From NCBI GenBank assembly GCA_963750165.1, contig CAVVPN010000003.1:1984001-2048000 (forward strand): a DNA stretch of 64,000 nt. Reading direction: 5' to 3'. This stretch comes from an uncultured Gemmataceae bacterium (lineage in GTDB: Bacteria > Planctomycetota > Planctomycetia > Gemmatales > Gemmataceae). A program made the translations under genes and the position numbers. Shown in pieces: positions 1 to 11,152 of the stretch. The notes under the pieces were generated by a model that was given only the letters and a program-made list of their open reading frames with translations, ran no database searches and had not been told where the DNA came from. The stretch's first letter is position 1, and each line of letters starts with the position of its first letter.

Positions 1-293
1 GCGGGCGCCTTCACCGCTTGCCGCCTGGTATGCACCAGGCCATCAACATCCTTGCGAAAAACGGGATCGGCCAACAATCGCTTGATCCGGTCGCGCGAGG
101 CCGTCTGTAGGACAACCCAAGGGTTATGAGTGATCTCCCACAGTTCGGGATCAAGCTGCCGCCAGACTTGGTCGGTAGCATGATTCCACGACCAGCGAAG
201 ATTCAGGGCCAGTTCCGCCAGGGAATCGAATCCGTCGATTTCCGTGGACCGAAGGCTGTATATCGGCTGGTGGTCACGCGTTTGTTTGCTCAT
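1..293 (-). CDS. glgP: Alpha-glucan (glycogen) phosphorylase, N-terminal part; runs off the window edge
   Basis: Manual translation from ATG at 293: MSKQTRDHQ...DSLAELALNLRWSWNHATDQVWRQLDPELWEITHNPWVVLQT, the typical GlgP N-terminus. Not in the ORF track. Confidence 0.85.
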   Translation of the reverse strand, partial: MSKQTRDHQPIYSLRSTEIDGFDSLAELALNLRWSWNHATDQVWRQLDPELWEITHNPWVVLQTASRDRIKRLLADPVFRKDVDGLVHTRRQAVKAP

Positions 294-295
294 GC

Positions 296-404
296 TGTTT
301 CCTTCACCATCGTCTTGGCCGGCGTCCTCACTTGCTGCATCCCTTACGTCAAAGCCTAACCGATGATGGCCTGGGCTTCCTCGGTGATGCGCCGCAAATG
401 ATCC
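296..404 (-). repeat. Degenerate copy of the pgm 3' end (matches 4336-4444)
   Basis: About 109 bp aligns directly, e.g. gatggcctgggcttcctcggtgatgcg and cgtcttggccgg. Confidence 0.9.
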
Positions 405-420
405 TTGCTCTCCCACTCGG

Positions 421-3400
421 TTAGCCGAGCACGACTCGCACGTCGTGCGCCTGCGCGTCGTCCCGCAGCAGCACCCTGCTGCCCGGCTCCGGCTGCCCGT
501 CCACCGTGACCGACTGGACGTGGCAGCCGGCACCAGTTGGCTTGTCCACCCGTATTCGATACGTCGCTGACCGGTGGCGGTAGGTAACCTCATACCCCGG
601 CCAGCCCGCGGGGACGCACGGCTCGATGCGGAGCGTGTCCCCCGCCGGGCGGAGTCCGAGGATCGCCTCCAGGGCGACCCGATACATCCAGCCCGCCGAG
701 CCGGTGTACCACGTCCAGCCCCCGCGGCCGGTGTGCGGCGGAGCGCCGTAGACATCGCCACAGACGACGTATGGCTCGACCTTGTAATGCTCCACTTCCG
801 CCGGCGTGGTGGCGTGGTGGACTGGGTTGATCAGGTTCCACAGCTCCAGCGCCCGGTCGCCGCGCCCTTGCAGTGCCGTTGCCAGCACGACCCAGGTGGC
901 GGCGTGCGTGTACTGGCCACCGTTCTCCCGGATGCCCGGCACGTAGCCCTTGATGTAGCCTGGCTGGAGCACCCCCTTGTCGAAGGGCGGCTCGAATAGC
1001 TGGATGAGTTTGCTGTCGGTGTGAACCAGGTGGTCTTCGACAGCAGCCATGGCCTGACTCGATCGCGCCGGGTCCGCGGCGCCGGAGATCACCGCCCAGG
1101 CCTGGGGGATGGCGGTGATCTGGCACTCGTCGTTCTGGGCTGAGCCGAGAGGCGTGCCGTCGTCGAAGTACGCGCGGCGATACCATCCGCCGTCCCAGGC
1201 ATGCGCCTCCAGCGCGGCCCGCAGGGCCTCGGCCCGGTCTCGGCACCAGGCCGCACGCGCCGCGTCGCCGCGCGCCGTGGCCAATTCCGAGAATGCCTTC
1301 AGCACCGTGATGAAGAACCAGCCGTTCCAAACGCTCTCGCCCTTGCCGGCGACGCCGACCTTGTTCATGCCATCGTCCCAGTCCCCGGTGCCCATCAGGG
1401 GCAGGCCGTGCGACCCGAGCTGGTAGCCGTGCTCCAGCGCGCGGACGCAATGCTCGTAGACGGTCCCCGTTTGCTCGCTGACCGCCGGCAGGCCGTAGTC
1501 ATCCTCCTGGTCGGGCCGGAGCACGGGGGACTTCAAGAACGCCACGCGCTCCTCGATCAGTGCCGTGTCGCCTGTCGCGGTGACGTAGTGGTGAACCGCC
1601 AGCGGCAGGAAGTACAGGTCGTCGGTGATGCGGGTACGCACGCCGCGGCCGGACGGCGGGTGCCACCAATGTTGCACGTCACCCTCCTCGAACTGCCGTG
1701 CGGCCGAGCGCAGGATCTGCGCCCGCGTCTCCTGCGGGGCGCTGGTGACAAGGGCCATGACGTCCTGGAGCTGGTCGCGAAAGCCGTAGGCGCCGCTGGA
1801 CTGGTAGAAGGCCGACCGCCCCCAGACCCGGCAGGCCAGCACCTGGTAGGGCAGCCAGCGGTTGAGCATCAGGTCCAGCGCAGGGTCGGGTGTCCGCACC
1901 TGGACGGCCCCCAGGATTTGGTCCCACAGGCCCTCAACCGCCAGCAACGCCTCTCCGGCCTTGCCTGGGATGGTATAGGTCGTGACCAGGTGGCGCACCT
2001 GGTCCATCGTGTCTGCCTGTCCCAGGACGAAGACAACTTCCTCCGCCTGGCCAGGTGCCAGTGTGAGCAGCGTCATCAGTGCGGCACAGGGGTCGAGCAG
2101 CGGCCCAGCGCGACCGGACAGGCCGGAGCGCTTGAGGCCCGCGGGAGCGGACGGCGAGCCGTTCCGGCCCAGGAATTCAGTCCGGTCGGCGGTAGCGGAG
2201 TGCGGCCGCGGGCCGACGCCGGCGAACGCGACCCGGCCGGCAAAGTCACCCGCCCAGGCGCTGCGGGCAAGGACGGCGCCGATTCCCGCGTCGTACTCGC
2301 ACACGACTTGCAAAGGGGCGTTGTTCCGGACGGTGCCCAGCACCCATTCGGCGTAGAAAGTCGCCGACAGCCGCCGGGGGCGGTCGCCGTTATTGCGCAC
2401 GCTCAGGCGCACCAGCTTCACCGGGTCGTCGGGCGGCACCAACACCAGCAGCTCCAGCTCCAGCCCGTGGCTGTGGCGGGCGTAGCGAGTGTAACCCTGA
2501 CCGTGTCGAACGCACACCGGCGAGCCGGTGCCGGCCGGCAGTGGGGTCGGCGACCAGAACTCGCCACTCTCCTCGTCGCGCAGGTAGACCGCCTCGGCGG
2601 GCGGGTCGGAGACCGGGTCGTTGTTCCAGGGAGTCAGGCGGTTCAGCTGGCTGTTGCCCGCCCAGGAGCAGCCCAGGCCGGCCTCCGTCACCAGACAGCC
2701 GAAGCCGGGATTGGCGAGTACGTTGGCCCACGGTGCCGGCGGCAGGGCCGGGCCGCGGGAGGTCGCGCCGTCGATCACGATCACGTACTCACGGCCGACC
2801 GGCGTGAAGCCGCCGAGGCCGTTCCAGAACAACAGGTCTTCGGGCGGAGAGGCCGCCGGGCACCCGATTTCCGGGGTCGCGGATTGCGCGGTCACGGCCA
2901 GCGGCGGCGGCAGCGAAATCGGTTCCGGCCAGCGCATGAGCTGGTCGGCCAACGTGCCGCGGCCACCGCCGAGGACCGCCCGAGCCGCAGCGGTAAGCAG
3001 CACGGCTTCGTCCTTGGAAACCTTTGCTGTGGCCAGGATGAACAGTCCGCCGGCCTTGCCGAGCAAGGGTCCCCCGCAGCCGGCCTGGAGGTCGGCCTTG
3101 AGCCGAGCGACGGCATCGCCGGCGGCGCTCATCCAGGATGACCAGGTCCAGGTCCAGGCCACGGCGGCGCGCGTAGGCGTGCCAGCGCACGAGGTGGTGG
3201 ACCAGGGGTTCGTCGCCGGCGGTGGCGACGAGCGCCAGCACGATGGGGCGGTCGCCGGATATGGCGTGCCGCCACAAGCCCGACTGCCCCAGCCGGTTGG
3301 CAGCGACGGCGTCTGGCCGGCGCAGCGCGGGTCCGGTGAAGATCACGGCCCCTGCCAGGCGATTGAAGAGGGCGACATCGTTCGTTGTCAGACCCAGCTC

Positions 3401-4333
3401 CCGCAACTCCTTACGCCCCCACTCGCGGGCGCGGTCGAATGCACGGTCTGCGGCGTCCAGCTCCCGAAAGTGCTCGGTCAAGGCGGTCGCCGCTTCGCGC
3501 GTCTCCACCGCCCCTGTGACGAACGCGACGCGCGCCGTACCCCGTGGGGCGAGGCGGACGCGCCGCCGCAGGCTAAAGACTGGATCGAGCACTGGGCCGG
3601 TTGTGCCGGACAGGCAGGACCCCGTGTCCAGTGCCGCGGGGTTGGCCGAGGTCCGACCGCGGCCCAGGAAGCGGGCCCGGTCGGTCTCGTACTCCACCGA
3701 TCCGTTGACTGAGCCGTCCGCCGCCGAAACGTGGATCGCCCAGACAGGCTTTTCATCAGCGTCCCGCGGCCGGCGGCGAGCACTCAGAGCACCTGGGCCA
3801 TTCAGGAACTCCGTCTCCAGGAACAGCTTTGCAAAAGCCGGCGCGGCCTGATCCGTGCGGCGGTTGTTCAGACACACCTCCGCATAGCTGGTCAGATCGA
3901 ACTCCCGGGGCCGGGCATCGTGGTTGACCAGCGTGACCAGGCGCACTTCCGCGTCCTGGTCCGGTGCAACGCAGATGGCCAGACGGGTCTCGATATCGGC
4001 GTCCCGGCGGCGGAACTCGGCCCGGTCGGCGTGGAACGCGACTTCGTATCCATCGACCGACCGGCACAGGGGTTGGTGCCCGATCGACCAAAGCGTACCG
4101 TCGCTGAGATCGCGGACGCAGGCGAATTGCCCCCAGCAGTCGCGGGTCGCGTCCTCCCGCCACCGCGTCACGTCCAGGTCTCGCCAGGAGCTGGTCCCTG
4201 CCCCGGAGGCGGTGATCATGACGCTATACCGCCCGTTGGACAGGAGAGCAACTTGGGGCACCGGCGTGTCGGCTTTCGGACTGCCCACCCTCTGTGTCGG
4301 GAAGGCTCGGCGGCTGGGTTTGTCGGTAATCAC
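421..4333 (-). pseudogene. GH94 glycoside phosphorylase (C-terminal region of Cgs/NdvB cyclic beta-1,2-glucan synthase type), one frameshift near 3125
   Basis: ORF 2789..4333 (LLSNGRYSVMIT, TRWRED) continues in ORF 421..3162 (FYQSSGAYGFRDQLQD, MGTGDWDDG, RENGGQYTH, GGWTWYTGSAGW). One extra base at ...GAG CGC C GCC GGC. May be an assembly error. Confidence 0.85.
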
Positions 4334-6024
4334 GGTGTTTCCTTCACATTCGTCTTGGCCGGGGCCTTCACTTGCTGCGTTCCCATCGTCAAAGCCTTGT
4401 TGACGATGGCCTGGGCTTCCTCGGTGATGCGGCGCAGATGATCCGCTCCCCGGAAGCTCTCCGCATAGATCTTGTAGATACTCTCGGTCCCTGACGGACG
4501 GGCCGCGAACCAGCCGCTCTCGGCTATGACTTTCAACCCACCGATCGGGGCGCCGTTGCCCGGCGCGTGGGTGAGGACTGTCTGGATTTTTTCGCCCGCC
4601 AACTCGGTGCTCTTGACCTGATGGGGCGAGAGTTTCGCCAACAGTTCCTTTTGCTCCGGCGTGGCCGGCGCCTGAACGCGGTCATAGAAAGGCTCACCGA
4701 ACTCGCGCGTGAGGTCGCGGTAGATCTCGCCGAGATCGCTGCCCATCCGGGCTGTGATCTCCGCCGACAGCAAGGCCGGGACAATGCCGTCCTTGTCCGT
4801 CGTCCAGACGCTCCCATCCAGACGGACGAAAGACGCTCCCGCGCTCTCCTCTCCGCCAAAGCCAAGCGAGCCGTCAAGCAAGCCAGGAACGAACCATTTG
4901 AAGCCGACCGGCACCTCGTAGAGCTTTCGGCCAAGCTTGGCGGTCACGCGATCGATCATCTGGGTGCTCACGAGCGTCTTGCCAACCGCAGCATCCTTGC
5001 GCCATTTCGGCCGGTGCTGGAAGAGGTAGAAGATGGCGACCGAAAGGTAGTGATTGGGCGGAAGCAAGCCCGCGCTCCTGGTGACAATGCCGTGCCGGTC
5101 ATGGTCGGTATCGCAGGCAAAGGCGATCTCGAATTTGTCCTTTAGGCCGATCAACCTCTGCATCGCATAGGGTGAAGACGGATCCATGCGGATCTGGCCA
5201 TCCCAATCGACCGTCATGAAGCGGAAGGTCGGATCGACGGCCTTGTTGACGACCGTGAGGTCCAGCCCATAGCGCTCGGCAATCGGCTCCCAGTAGTGGA
5301 CGCCAGCTCCGCCGAGCGGATCGACCCCCAGGTGGATCTTGGCGCCGCGAATAATCTCCATGTCGATCACATTGCCGAGGTCTTTGGTGTAGGCGTCGAG
5401 GTAGTTGTGCCGGTGAGTTGTGGAGGCCCGAAGTGCTTTTTCGTACGGAATCCTGTTAACGCCGCGCAGGCCACTTGCGAGAAACTCGTTCGCCCTCACC
5501 TCGATCCAGCCAGTGACGGCTAGCTCCGCCGGGCCGCCGTGTGGGGGATTGTATTTGAAGCCGCCGTCATGGGGCGGATTATGCGAAGGCGTGATCACGA
5601 TGCCATCGGCAAGACCTGTCTTCCGCCCGCGGTTGTACGTCAGAATCGCGTGGGAAACGGCAGGGGTCGGGGTATACTCGTCTCCCTCCGCGATCATGAC
5701 TTCCACGCCGTTGGCAGCCAGTACTTCCAACGCGCTGGCATCAGCCGGCACCGAGAGTGCATGCGTATCCATGCCGAGGAACAACGGGCCGTTGATCTTC
5801 TGCTGCGCCCGGTACTGGCAGATGGCCTGACTGATGGCCAGTATATGCCACTCGTTGAAAGCCTTGTCGAACGCGGAACCGCGGTGCCCGGATGTGCCAA
5901 ACGTGACCCGTTGCGCTGGCACCGAAGGATCAGGCCTCTCGGTGTAATAGGCCGTGACCAGTTTGGGCACCTTGACGAGCATCGATGGCTCCGCCGGCTT
6001 TCCCGCAAACGGGCTCACTTTCAT
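4330..6024 (-). CDS. pgm: Phosphoglucomutase, alpha-D-glucose-phosphate specific
   Basis: FGTSGHRG, ITPSHNPP, DTDHDR, GGEESAG and RPSGTE motifs. Confidence 0.95.
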   Translation of the reverse strand: MKVSPFAGKPAEPSMLVKVPKLVTAYYTERPDPSVPAQRVTFGTSGHRGSAFDKAFNEWHILAISQAICQYRAQQKINGPLFLGMDTHALSVPADASALEVLAANGVEVMIAEGDEYTPTPAVSHAILTYNRGRKTGLADGIVITPSHNPPHDGGFKYNPPHGGPAELAVTGWIEVRANEFLASGLRGVNRIPYEKALRASTTHRHNYLDAYTKDLGNVIDMEIIRGAKIHLGVDPLGGAGVHYWEPIAERYGLDLTVVNKAVDPTFRFMTVDWDGQIRMDPSSPYAMQRLIGLKDKFEIAFACDTDHDRHGIVTRSAGLLPPNHYLSVAIFYLFQHRPKWRKDAAVGKTLVSTQMIDRVTAKLGRKLYEVPVGFKWFVPGLLDGSLGFGGEESAGASFVRLDGSVWTTDKDGIVPALLSAEITARMGSDLGEIYRDLTREFGEPFYDRVQAPATPEQKELLAKLSPHQVKSTELAGEKIQTVLTHAPGNGAPIGGLKVIAESGWFAARPSGTESIYKIYAESFRGADHLRRITEEAQAIVNKALTMGTQQVKAPAKTNVKETP

Positions 6025-6117
6025 GGCATTTCCCTCCCTCGCCGTGACGACATTTTCGCCAAGCTCTCCCTCAGCGTGCCGAACGGCTTGTTTTGTTTCT
6101 CGACGCCTTCGTCCGCA

Positions 6118-6294
6118 CTACGTCAGGCAGATCCAAAGGAGCATTGCGGTGCCAATCAACATCACCCCCACCACCACATACCAGGCGGGGTGAAGGGAGC
6201 CGAGGCGCCTCCCCGGTTCGGAGAGCGCGTGCTCCTCTTTCTTGTGCTCGCGCTTTTGTCGATGGGAGAGATCATGTTCGCGGTGGTGGTCCAT
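6118..6294 (-). CDS. Small His/charged protein with C-terminal transmembrane helix
   Basis: MDHHREH...PAWYVVVGVMLIGTAMLLWICLT, with a GGAG Shine-Dalgarno upstream. Confidence 0.6.
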   Translation of the reverse strand: MDHHREHDLSHRQKREHKKEEHALSEPGRRLGSLHPAWYVVVGVMLIGTAMLLWICLT

Positions 6295-6398
6295 GTCGTC
6301 TCCTGATTGCTGGCGTTCCTGGGAAACCGCCGTTGCCCGTAACGGGGGGAAGACGGGCCGGTACTCGTTGCGGCCGAGCCGCCTGGCCTGCCTGGCGA

Positions 6399-6842
6399 TC
6401 AGCGCAGCGCTTTGAGCAGGTCTTGCAACTGGTCGAAGGCGCGGGCGATATCTCGCAGCGCCTGCTTCTTGTTCCCCTCGAAATCGCTCCTGGCCGTTTC
6501 CAGCTCGCGCCTGGCCTCCCGCAGATCCTCCAGCGCTGCCCGGATGTTGGGATTGTCCTTCCACTTCTTGTAGAAGTCCTTGTCGCGCCGGATCGGGGAC
6601 GGGTCATCGACCCCGACGGCGAGGATCAGCCGGACGGACCGTACGGCATCGTCGATGGCGGAGAGGGATTTCTCTTTCCTGCCGCCGAGGTCGTCCTTGA
6701 GGCCGCTCACCACCTTACGGGCCTGCCGCAGTTCGTACAGCGCGGCGTGCATTTTCGGGTGCTGGATCTTTTTCTGCGCCTGCGAGGGCGCGGCCATCAC
6801 GGCCAGGGCGAGGACGGGAAGAACAAGGAGCTTGCGGAACAT
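6399..6842 (-). CDS. Secreted helical protein with two internal repeats
   Basis: Signal peptide; repeats HPKMHAALYELRQAR and NPNIRAALEDLREAR. Confidence 0.75.
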   Translation of the reverse strand: MFRKLLVLPVLALAVMAAPSQAQKKIQHPKMHAALYELRQARKVVSGLKDDLGGRKEKSLSAIDDAVRSVRLILAVGVDDPSPIRRDKDFYKKWKDNPNIRAALEDLREARRELETARSDFEGNKKQALRDIARAFDQLQDLLKALR

Positions 6843-6999
6843 CGAGGACTCCCGACGAATGACGGGCGTGGCCTCACGGCCGCGCTTTCTGTACTATTTG
6901 ACTGACGCAATAGGCTTAATTGTCCGGCCAGTCCTGGCCGAGTGGGCTCGCTGGCTGGCTGTGATCGCGGCGGGCAGTACCACGGTTGCGGCAGGCTTC

Positions 7000-8397
7000 T
7001 CATCCGGCCCCCTCCTTGGGCCTGGGGTTATGCCAGAAACCGTCTGCCGCGATCAGGTCGTCCGCCTCTTTCGGCCCCCAACTGCCTTTCGGATAGGGGC
7101 GGGTCAAGTGGTGGGTCTTCAGGACTGGCTCGACCACCGCCCAGGCGGCCTCAACCGCGTCCTCACGAGTGAAGAGCGCTCCGTCGCCGGCCATGGCATC
7201 GCCCAGGAGTCGCTCGTAGGGTGATTCCTCGCCGTGTTGTTCTTCGACCAGGTAGAGTTCTCGCTGGTCGCCAACGAACTCCTTCCCTGCGCGCTTGACG
7301 CGAGCGGCAAGGGCGACGGCGGAACTGGGAGCGAGCCGGAATCGCAGATAGTTGGCCAGCCCGGTCGCCGGCGCTGAGTCGGCGAAAAGCTTCTGTGGCG
7401 GAGGCTTCAACTCCACCAAGACCTCGTGCGCTGTTTCGGCCAGGCATTTGCCGGAGCGCAGATACCAGGGCACTCCCTCCCATCGCCACGAGTCGATGAA
7501 GAGCCGCAGGGCGCAGAACGTCTCGACGTCGGAGTCCTTCGCCACGTTTGGTTCCTTCCGGTAGTCGGTATACTGGCCGCGCACCACGTCATCGGGCATT
7601 AGCGGGCGCATGGCCTGGAAGATCCTGGCTTTCTCCCCATGCACGGCTCCAAAACCCCTATAGGCCGGCGGCTCCATGGCCAGCAGTGCGACGACCTGGA
7701 AGAGGTGGTTCTCGATCACGTCACGCAGACAGCCGGCGGTTTCGTAAAACGCGCCGCGGTTCTCCACGCCGAAGTTCTCGGACAGGGTTATCTGCACGCA
7801 GGCCACGTAGTTGCGGTTCCAGATCGGCTCCAGGAACGAGTTGGCGAAACGGAAATAGAGGATGTTCATGATCGCTTCCTTCCCGAGGAAGTGATCGATG
7901 CGGAAGATCGAGTCTTCCGGGAACACCGACCGCGCGACGCGGTTGAGTTCACGCGCCGAGGCCAGGTCGCGGCCGAAAGGCTTTTCGACGATGACTCTCG
8001 CATGGTCGGCCAAGTCCGCGGCGCCGAGCCCGGTGATCACCGTCGCGAAGAGCGCGGGCGGAATGGCGAGATAGTGTGCCGGGCGTCGAGCGCGCCCCAG
8101 TGTCTCTTTGATCTTCGTGAACGTGCCCTGGTCCTTATAATCCCCGCTCACATAGCTGAGCAGGGACAGAAGCTGGTCGAAGGCACGTCGGTCATCGATG
8201 CCGGCCGATCGCGTTATGCTGTCCTGTACGCGGTCGCGCAACTGCGCAAGGCTCCACTTCGGTGAGGCGACGCCGATGACCGGGACCTTCAGCGCGTCCC
8301 GTTTCACCATTGCATAGAGAGCCGGGAAGATCATCTTGTGGGCGAGATCGCCCGTCGCACCGAAGAGCACCAGAGCGTCCGAATGGGAGGCGGTCAT
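7000..8397 (-). CDS. zwf: Glucose-6-phosphate 1-dehydrogenase
   Basis: [15 protein letters not shown] and RIDHFLGKE motifs; start at 8397 overlaps the upstream stop (ATGA). Confidence 0.95.
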   Translation of the reverse strand: MTASHSDALVLFGATGDLAHKMIFPALYAMVKRDALKVPVIGVASPKWSLAQLRDRVQDSITRSAGIDDRRAFDQLLSLLSYVSGDYKDQGTFTKIKETLGRARRPAHYLAIPPALFATVITGLGAADLADHARVIVEKPFGRDLASARELNRVARSVFPEDSIFRIDHFLGKEAIMNILYFRFANSFLEPIWNRNYVACVQITLSENFGVENRGAFYETAGCLRDVIENHLFQVVALLAMEPPAYRGFGAVHGEKARIFQAMRPLMPDDVVRGQYTDYRKEPNVAKDSDVETFCALRLFIDSWRWEGVPWYLRSGKCLAETAHEVLVELKPPPQKLFADSAPATGLANYLRFRLAPSSAVALAARVKRAGKEFVGDQRELYLVEEQHGEESPYERLLGDAMAGDGALFTREDAVEAAWAVVEPVLKTHHLTRPYPKGSWGPKEADDLIAADGFWHNPRPKEGAG

Positions 8398-8699
8398 CGG
8401 GCATCTCCTTTTGGGGCAGCAGCCTTTTCCTCGTGGCCTTTCAAGGTAAACCCTCCGTGGTCCGCGGCGATGCCCACGCGCATCATGGGATGAAACTCGC
8501 CTTCCCGCAGCGGGGCCCCGGGGTCGAACCCTGCCATCGCCTGCTCGACGGTGGGACTGTACTCGGGCTGGCACGTCCATTCGCGTAAGAGCGGGTGCCA
8601 GTACCAGTGCTCGCCTGCGTTCCCTGTCAGCATCCAGACGAACCCCTGTTCTGACTGAACGAGGTTGTACGGGCCGCTCTGCCTGACCTGCGTCTCCAT
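8394..8699 (-). pseudogene. Chimeric ORF: unknown N-terminus + RpiB N-terminal 15 aa + Gnd-like C-terminal tail (deletion scar)
   Basis: [15 protein letters not shown] (RpiB start) is joined to [14 protein letters not shown] (typical end of short-chain Gnd), directly before zwf. Confidence 0.65.
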
Positions 8700-8726
8700 G
8701 TGACTTCTCCTGCTCCTGGAAGACGA

Positions 8727-10175
8727 TCAACGACGAGCCAGGGCATGCTCGTGATGGGCTTCGTTTCCTCTGTCGATACACAGCTCATCCAGACCGGGCT
8801 CCGCGGCACCGTGCGCGTCCAGCCAGCCACCTGAAAATCCTGCCCGACACAGCCCGCGAACAAGGTAAGGACATTGCCGCATGAGACGCCACAGCAAGCC
8901 CGAACGGTAGTTCTCGATCATCAGAACGATAGGCCCCTGATTGAGGCCCAGGTGCCAGGGGGACACCCAGCCCGGCGCATCCGCGGACTCGCTCGGGAAG
9001 GTCGGATTGAAGGTGGCCTTGTAGCCGTACGTGTTGGCCACCCGCAGGTTCAGGTTGTCAAAATACTGGAGGGTCGGCAGCACGATCTCCGGCGCAAAGG
9101 GGAGCGAGGCGACAACGCCCCAGGGCGCTATGGTGCCGTCGTCGGGGCCGTCGGGTACGCCACGCGCCAGGTAGCCGAAGAAGTGCCTCTCTCTGCCTTT
9201 GATGTTCCGGGTCACCCAGCCGGGGCCATCGCAGGCTGTGATTCCCCAGCAGTTTTCACCATACGCGCTGAATTGGCCCGGATTGCGGATGGCGTATTGC
9301 TGCTGCACGTAAGTCGCCCGGCGGCTGTTTTCAAAGTAATCGATGCCCTTGCCGCGCATGTACCCGTCCTGAATCCTCCGAAAGTCAACCCACAAGTGGG
9401 AAACCTGATGGGTAAAGAGCGGGCCGGAATGCAACAACTCGTGGTCGTAGACCTTCTTCCACTGGTAGGACGCGGTCCAGGCGGCGTAGCTTTCCTCGGG
9501 TAGCGGGTGAGTCGGCGAACCCAGGCCGAGCAAGTAGAGGAACAGCGCCTCGTCATAGCCCTGCCACCGGTACGGCAGAAAGCCGCTCTCCGGCTTCCAA
9601 CCGTGCGTGATGGTCGCCCCGCCGTCCTGGGCCCACTGCCAGTCGGCGCGCCGGTACAGTTCGTCGGCCAGTGTGCGGATTTCGCGCTCGTCCGCCGATT
9701 CGTTGGCGAAATAGGCAGCCGCGAGCAGCATGCCCGCGAGCAGAAAGGCCGAATCGACGGTGGACAATTCGCAGTTCCAAACACGCCTTCCGGTCTTCAT
9801 GTCGAGAAAGTGATAATAAAAGCCCTTGTAGCCCGTTGCCTCCGCTCCCTTGCCCTGCGAACTATTCCGGAAAAACCGCAAGGTCGTGAGCGTTCGTTCA
9901 ACGGCCTCCGCGCGGGTGATGAAACCGCGCTCCACACCAACCGGGTAGGCCGACAGGGCCAACCCGATTGCAGCGATGCTGGCGGGCGTGCCCTCCTGGG
10001 TTTTGTCCACAACCAGCCCGTTGAGAGGATTGACCTCGTAAACGAAATAGTCGAAGGTTTGGCGCTGGAGTGCGTCCAGCGGCTCCGAAGGTAGCCTGCG
10101 CTGGTTCATGTACAGGGGCCTCTCGGTTTGGGCCGCATCGAATCCCTGATCCACTGTTGCAATTCCTGTGCCCAT
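8727..10175 (-). CDS. Glucoamylase-like GH144 family protein (putative endo-beta-1,2-glucanase)
   Basis: [49 protein letters not shown] and [12 protein letters not shown] motifs. Confidence 0.85.
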   Translation of the reverse strand: MGTGIATVDQGFDAAQTERPLYMNQRRLPSEPLDALQRQTFDYFVYEVNPLNGLVVDKTQEGTPASIAAIGLALSAYPVGVERGFITRAEAVERTLTTLRFFRNSSQGKGAEATGYKGFYYHFLDMKTGRRVWNCELSTVDSAFLLAGMLLAAAYFANESADEREIRTLADELYRRADWQWAQDGGATITHGWKPESGFLPYRWQGYDEALFLYLLGLGSPTHPLPEESYAAWTASYQWKKVYDHELLHSGPLFTHQVSHLWVDFRRIQDGYMRGKGIDYFENSRRATYVQQQYAIRNPGQFSAYGENCWGITACDGPGWVTRNIKGRERHFFGYLARGVPDGPDDGTIAPWGVVASLPFAPEIVLPTLQYFDNLNLRVANTYGYKATFNPTFPSESADAPGWVSPWHLGLNQGPIVLMIENYRSGLLWRLMRQCPYLVRGLCRAGFSGGWLDAHGAAEPGLDELCIDRGNEAHHEHALARR

Positions 10176-10213
10176 CTCGATCTCCCGTTTCAGAGTGGCA
10201 CAGCTGGGCTTGC

Positions 10214-10780
10214 TCAGGGCAATGGGACGAAGACGCTGCCGGTGCCGCTATCACCTGCCAGTTCGTACGTCCGGTGCCGGGTGTGATGGTGTTCCGGTTG
10301 TTCCGCGACGCGGCGCAAGATGGCGACGGCTTCGTCGTAGCGGTCGCCGGCCTGGACTGTCACCAGGGAGTGGCCCGAGTGAAACTGCTGCTCGCAGTGA
10401 CGAGCCTCTGCCTCCGGAACGTTCAGGCCGATCAAGGCGCCGAGGATCCCTCCGCTCGCCCCACCCGTCACCGCCCCACCCAGGGCCCAGGCCAGCAGTC
10501 CGCCCACGATCACTGGGCCTGCTACCGGGAGGACGACCGCGGCCACCCCCAGTCCCAGGGCAGCACCGAGAACCCCACCGACGGTGGCCCCAACGGCCGC
10601 GTCCTTCCCCGCCTCTGTGCCCGACTCCACCGGAGGAGCCTCCTTCGTTGCCGGATCTTCCGCAATGAACCCGATCTGGTCGGACGCGAATCCGCTACTC
10701 CGCAACTCCTCGATGGCCTGCTCGGCGTGCGAGAAGTCCGTGAAGACGCCCACCGCCGTGTCTCGATCCGTTGTAGCCAT
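10214..10780 (-). CDS. General stress protein (YflT/17M-like with glycine zipper)
   Basis: AVGVFTDFSHAEQAIEELRSSGF, Gly-zipper helices, GLNVPEAEARH. Confidence 0.8.
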   Translation of the reverse strand: MATTDRDTAVGVFTDFSHAEQAIEELRSSGFASDQIGFIAEDPATKEAPPVESGTEAGKDAAVGATVGGVLGAALGLGVAAVVLPVAGPVIVGGLLAWALGGAVTGGASGGILGALIGLNVPEAEARHCEQQFHSGHSLVTVQAGDRYDEAVAILRRVAEQPEHHHTRHRTYELAGDSGTGSVFVPLP

Positions 10781-10866
10781 AGATCACCGCCCTTTCTTTC
10801 GTGAGCAAGCTGTGCGGTCGTTGGTATCCCCACAGGGGGAGGCGTCCGGCTGCGAGAACGTGGAAC

Positions 10867-11130
10867 TTACGGGTTTTCCTCCGGCTGAGCTGCCTCTTCG
10901 GAACGGTTTCGATGTTGACGGAGGATCTCTTCGGCGCGGGCCAGGTCCGCGGCCGCGACCCAGACCTCGGCCGAGAAGCCCGGAATGTCGCCGATACCGG
11001 CGTCCAGGTAATCGCCGAGCACCTGACAGCTAATGCCCTCTTGCTCGAGCGCTTGCTGCCAGACGTGGGCCTGAAAGGGTGTCGCGGCCGCGGCAAGGCG
11101 AACAACGTCGTGCTGATCTTTTGGGTTCAT
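10867..11130 (-). CDS. DUF2007 / putative signal-transducing protein
   Basis: QAHVWQQALEQEGISCQV...EVWVAAADLARAEEIL. Confidence 0.75.
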   Translation of the reverse strand: MNPKDQHDVVRLAAAATPFQAHVWQQALEQEGISCQVLGDYLDAGIGDIPGFSAEVWVAAADLARAEEILRQHRNRSEEAAQPEENP

Positions 11131-11152
11131 GACATCTCCTCGTTCACGCCGA

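Noticed and set aside
3120..3135. Programmed ribosomal frameshift in the GH94 gene
   Set aside because: No slippery sequence. An indel is the simpler explanation.
1201..3141. Long plus-strand ORFs antisense to real genes (also 26519-27847, 41407-42444 and others)
   Set aside because: Shadow ORFs typical of high-GC DNA, with no recognisable motifs.
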